A stretch of DNA of 64,000 nt, from contig CP060755.1 of assembly GCA_023205875.1 (NCBI GenBank), positions 620,001 through 684,000 of the forward strand, in the 5' to 3' direction. Both the position numbers and the translations under genes were made by a program. Source of the stretch: Chloropicon primus (lineage: Eukaryota). Under the pieces are notes generated by a model. The model did not search any database and was not told the origin of the DNA. It worked only from the letters and a program-made list of their open reading frames with translations. Positions 63,341 to 64,000 of the stretch are shown here, piece by piece; positions within the stretch are counted from its first letter, which is position 1; each line of letters starts with the position of its first letter.

Positions 63341-64000
63341 ATGTCTGACGTGCACGTGAAGAGGGCGCTGGAAGCCAAGGCGAAAGCCGAGAAGAAGCTC
63401 AAGGGTTGGGGATTGTTCGGAAACAAGTTCGAGGACGCTGCTGACTTGTATGAGCAGGCGGCGAACAGCTTCAAGCTTGGGAAGAAGTGGGAGGAGGCTG
63501 CGCAGTGCTTTGATCAGCTGGCGGAGTGCCACGTGAAGCTGGATAGCATCCACGAGGCGGCTTCTGCCATGAGCAGCGCGGCCGGTTGCATAAAGAAGGC
63601 CGACCCTAAGAAGGCCATACCATTCTATAACAAGTCGGCTGACTACTTCTGCAATCTCGGGCGCTTGGGCATGGCTGCCAAGTCCTACAGGGAGGCGGCG
63701 GAGCAGCTCGAGGGCGTCGGTGCGAACGAGGAGGCCCTGGACTTTTACGAGAAGGCTGCTGACCTGTTCGAGACCGAGAACCAGACGTCGGAGACGAACA
63801 AGTGCAAGCTGAAGATTGCGACGATGTACGCGGAGCTGGAGAAGTACAACAAGGCCATCAAGCTCTTTGAGGACGTCGCGAAGAAGTCTGTCGACAACAA
63901 CTTGCTCAAGTACAGCGTGAAGGGTTACTTGCTCCAGGCCGGAATCTGCCACCTCTGCATTGGCTCTCTGGAGGGCTCGAAGGAGGCCCTGGAGAGGTAC
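63341..64000 (+). CDS. SNAP: alpha-soluble NSF attachment protein (partial, runs off window)
   Basis: Hand translation gives MSDVHVKRALEAKAKAEKKLKGWGLFGNKFEDAADLYEQAANSFKLGKKW...NNLLKYSVKGYLL. Absent from the ORF track because there is no stop in the window. Confidence 0.93.
   Translation, partial: MSDVHVKRALEAKAKAEKKLKGWGLFGNKFEDAADLYEQAANSFKLGKKWEEAAQCFDQLAECHVKLDSIHEAASAMSSAAGCIKKADPKKAIPFYNKSADYFCNLGRLGMAAKSYREAAEQLEGVGANEEALDFYEKAADLFETENQTSETNKCKLKIATMYAELEKYNKAIKLFEDVAKKSVDNNLLKYSVKGYLLQAGICHLCIGSLEGSKEALERY

Overview
This is gene-dense eukaryotic nuclear DNA from a compact green alga. The evidence is a plastid-targeted HisG, TGTAA 3' signals, few short GT-AG introns, AG/CT microsatellites and high GC3. 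A Chloropicon-like picoalga is my inference, not something the sequence proves. About 28 protein genes are present: URB2-like (partial, missed by the ORF track), EMC7, acid ceramidase/NAAA, sphingosine-1-phosphate lyase, ESF1, EMG1/NEP1, a mitochondrial carrier, a His-box desaturase-like protein, kinesin-2, TEX9, DDX52/ROK1, an AIR1-like zinc knuckle, a tandem HARE-HTH-like protein, NASP, a BET bromodomain protein, V-ATPase d, HisG, an intronless DNAH1-type axonemal dynein, organellar AspRS, NOP9, a conserved unknown protein, INO80B, a LysM-like protein, a GT8+GT34 fusion, AMT1, an F-box-like/ankyrin protein, CDC123 and alpha-SNAP (partial). Four signals stand out. (1) A ~99% identical but inactivated inverted copy of ~470 bp from the dynein 3' end lies 16 kb away. 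(2) An adjacent ~1.9 kb AT-rich, gene-free island is a candidate short centromere or foreign insertion. (3) Several head-to-head gene pairs share a pathway: ceramidase/S1P lyase, ESF1/EMG1, kinesin-2/TEX9 and NASP/BET. (4) Some proteins have unusual architectures: GT8-GT34, tandem HARE-HTH and giant-virus-style ankyrins. No rRNA, tRNA, CRISPR array or recognisable transposase was seen. All family calls are from motif recognition, not database searches.
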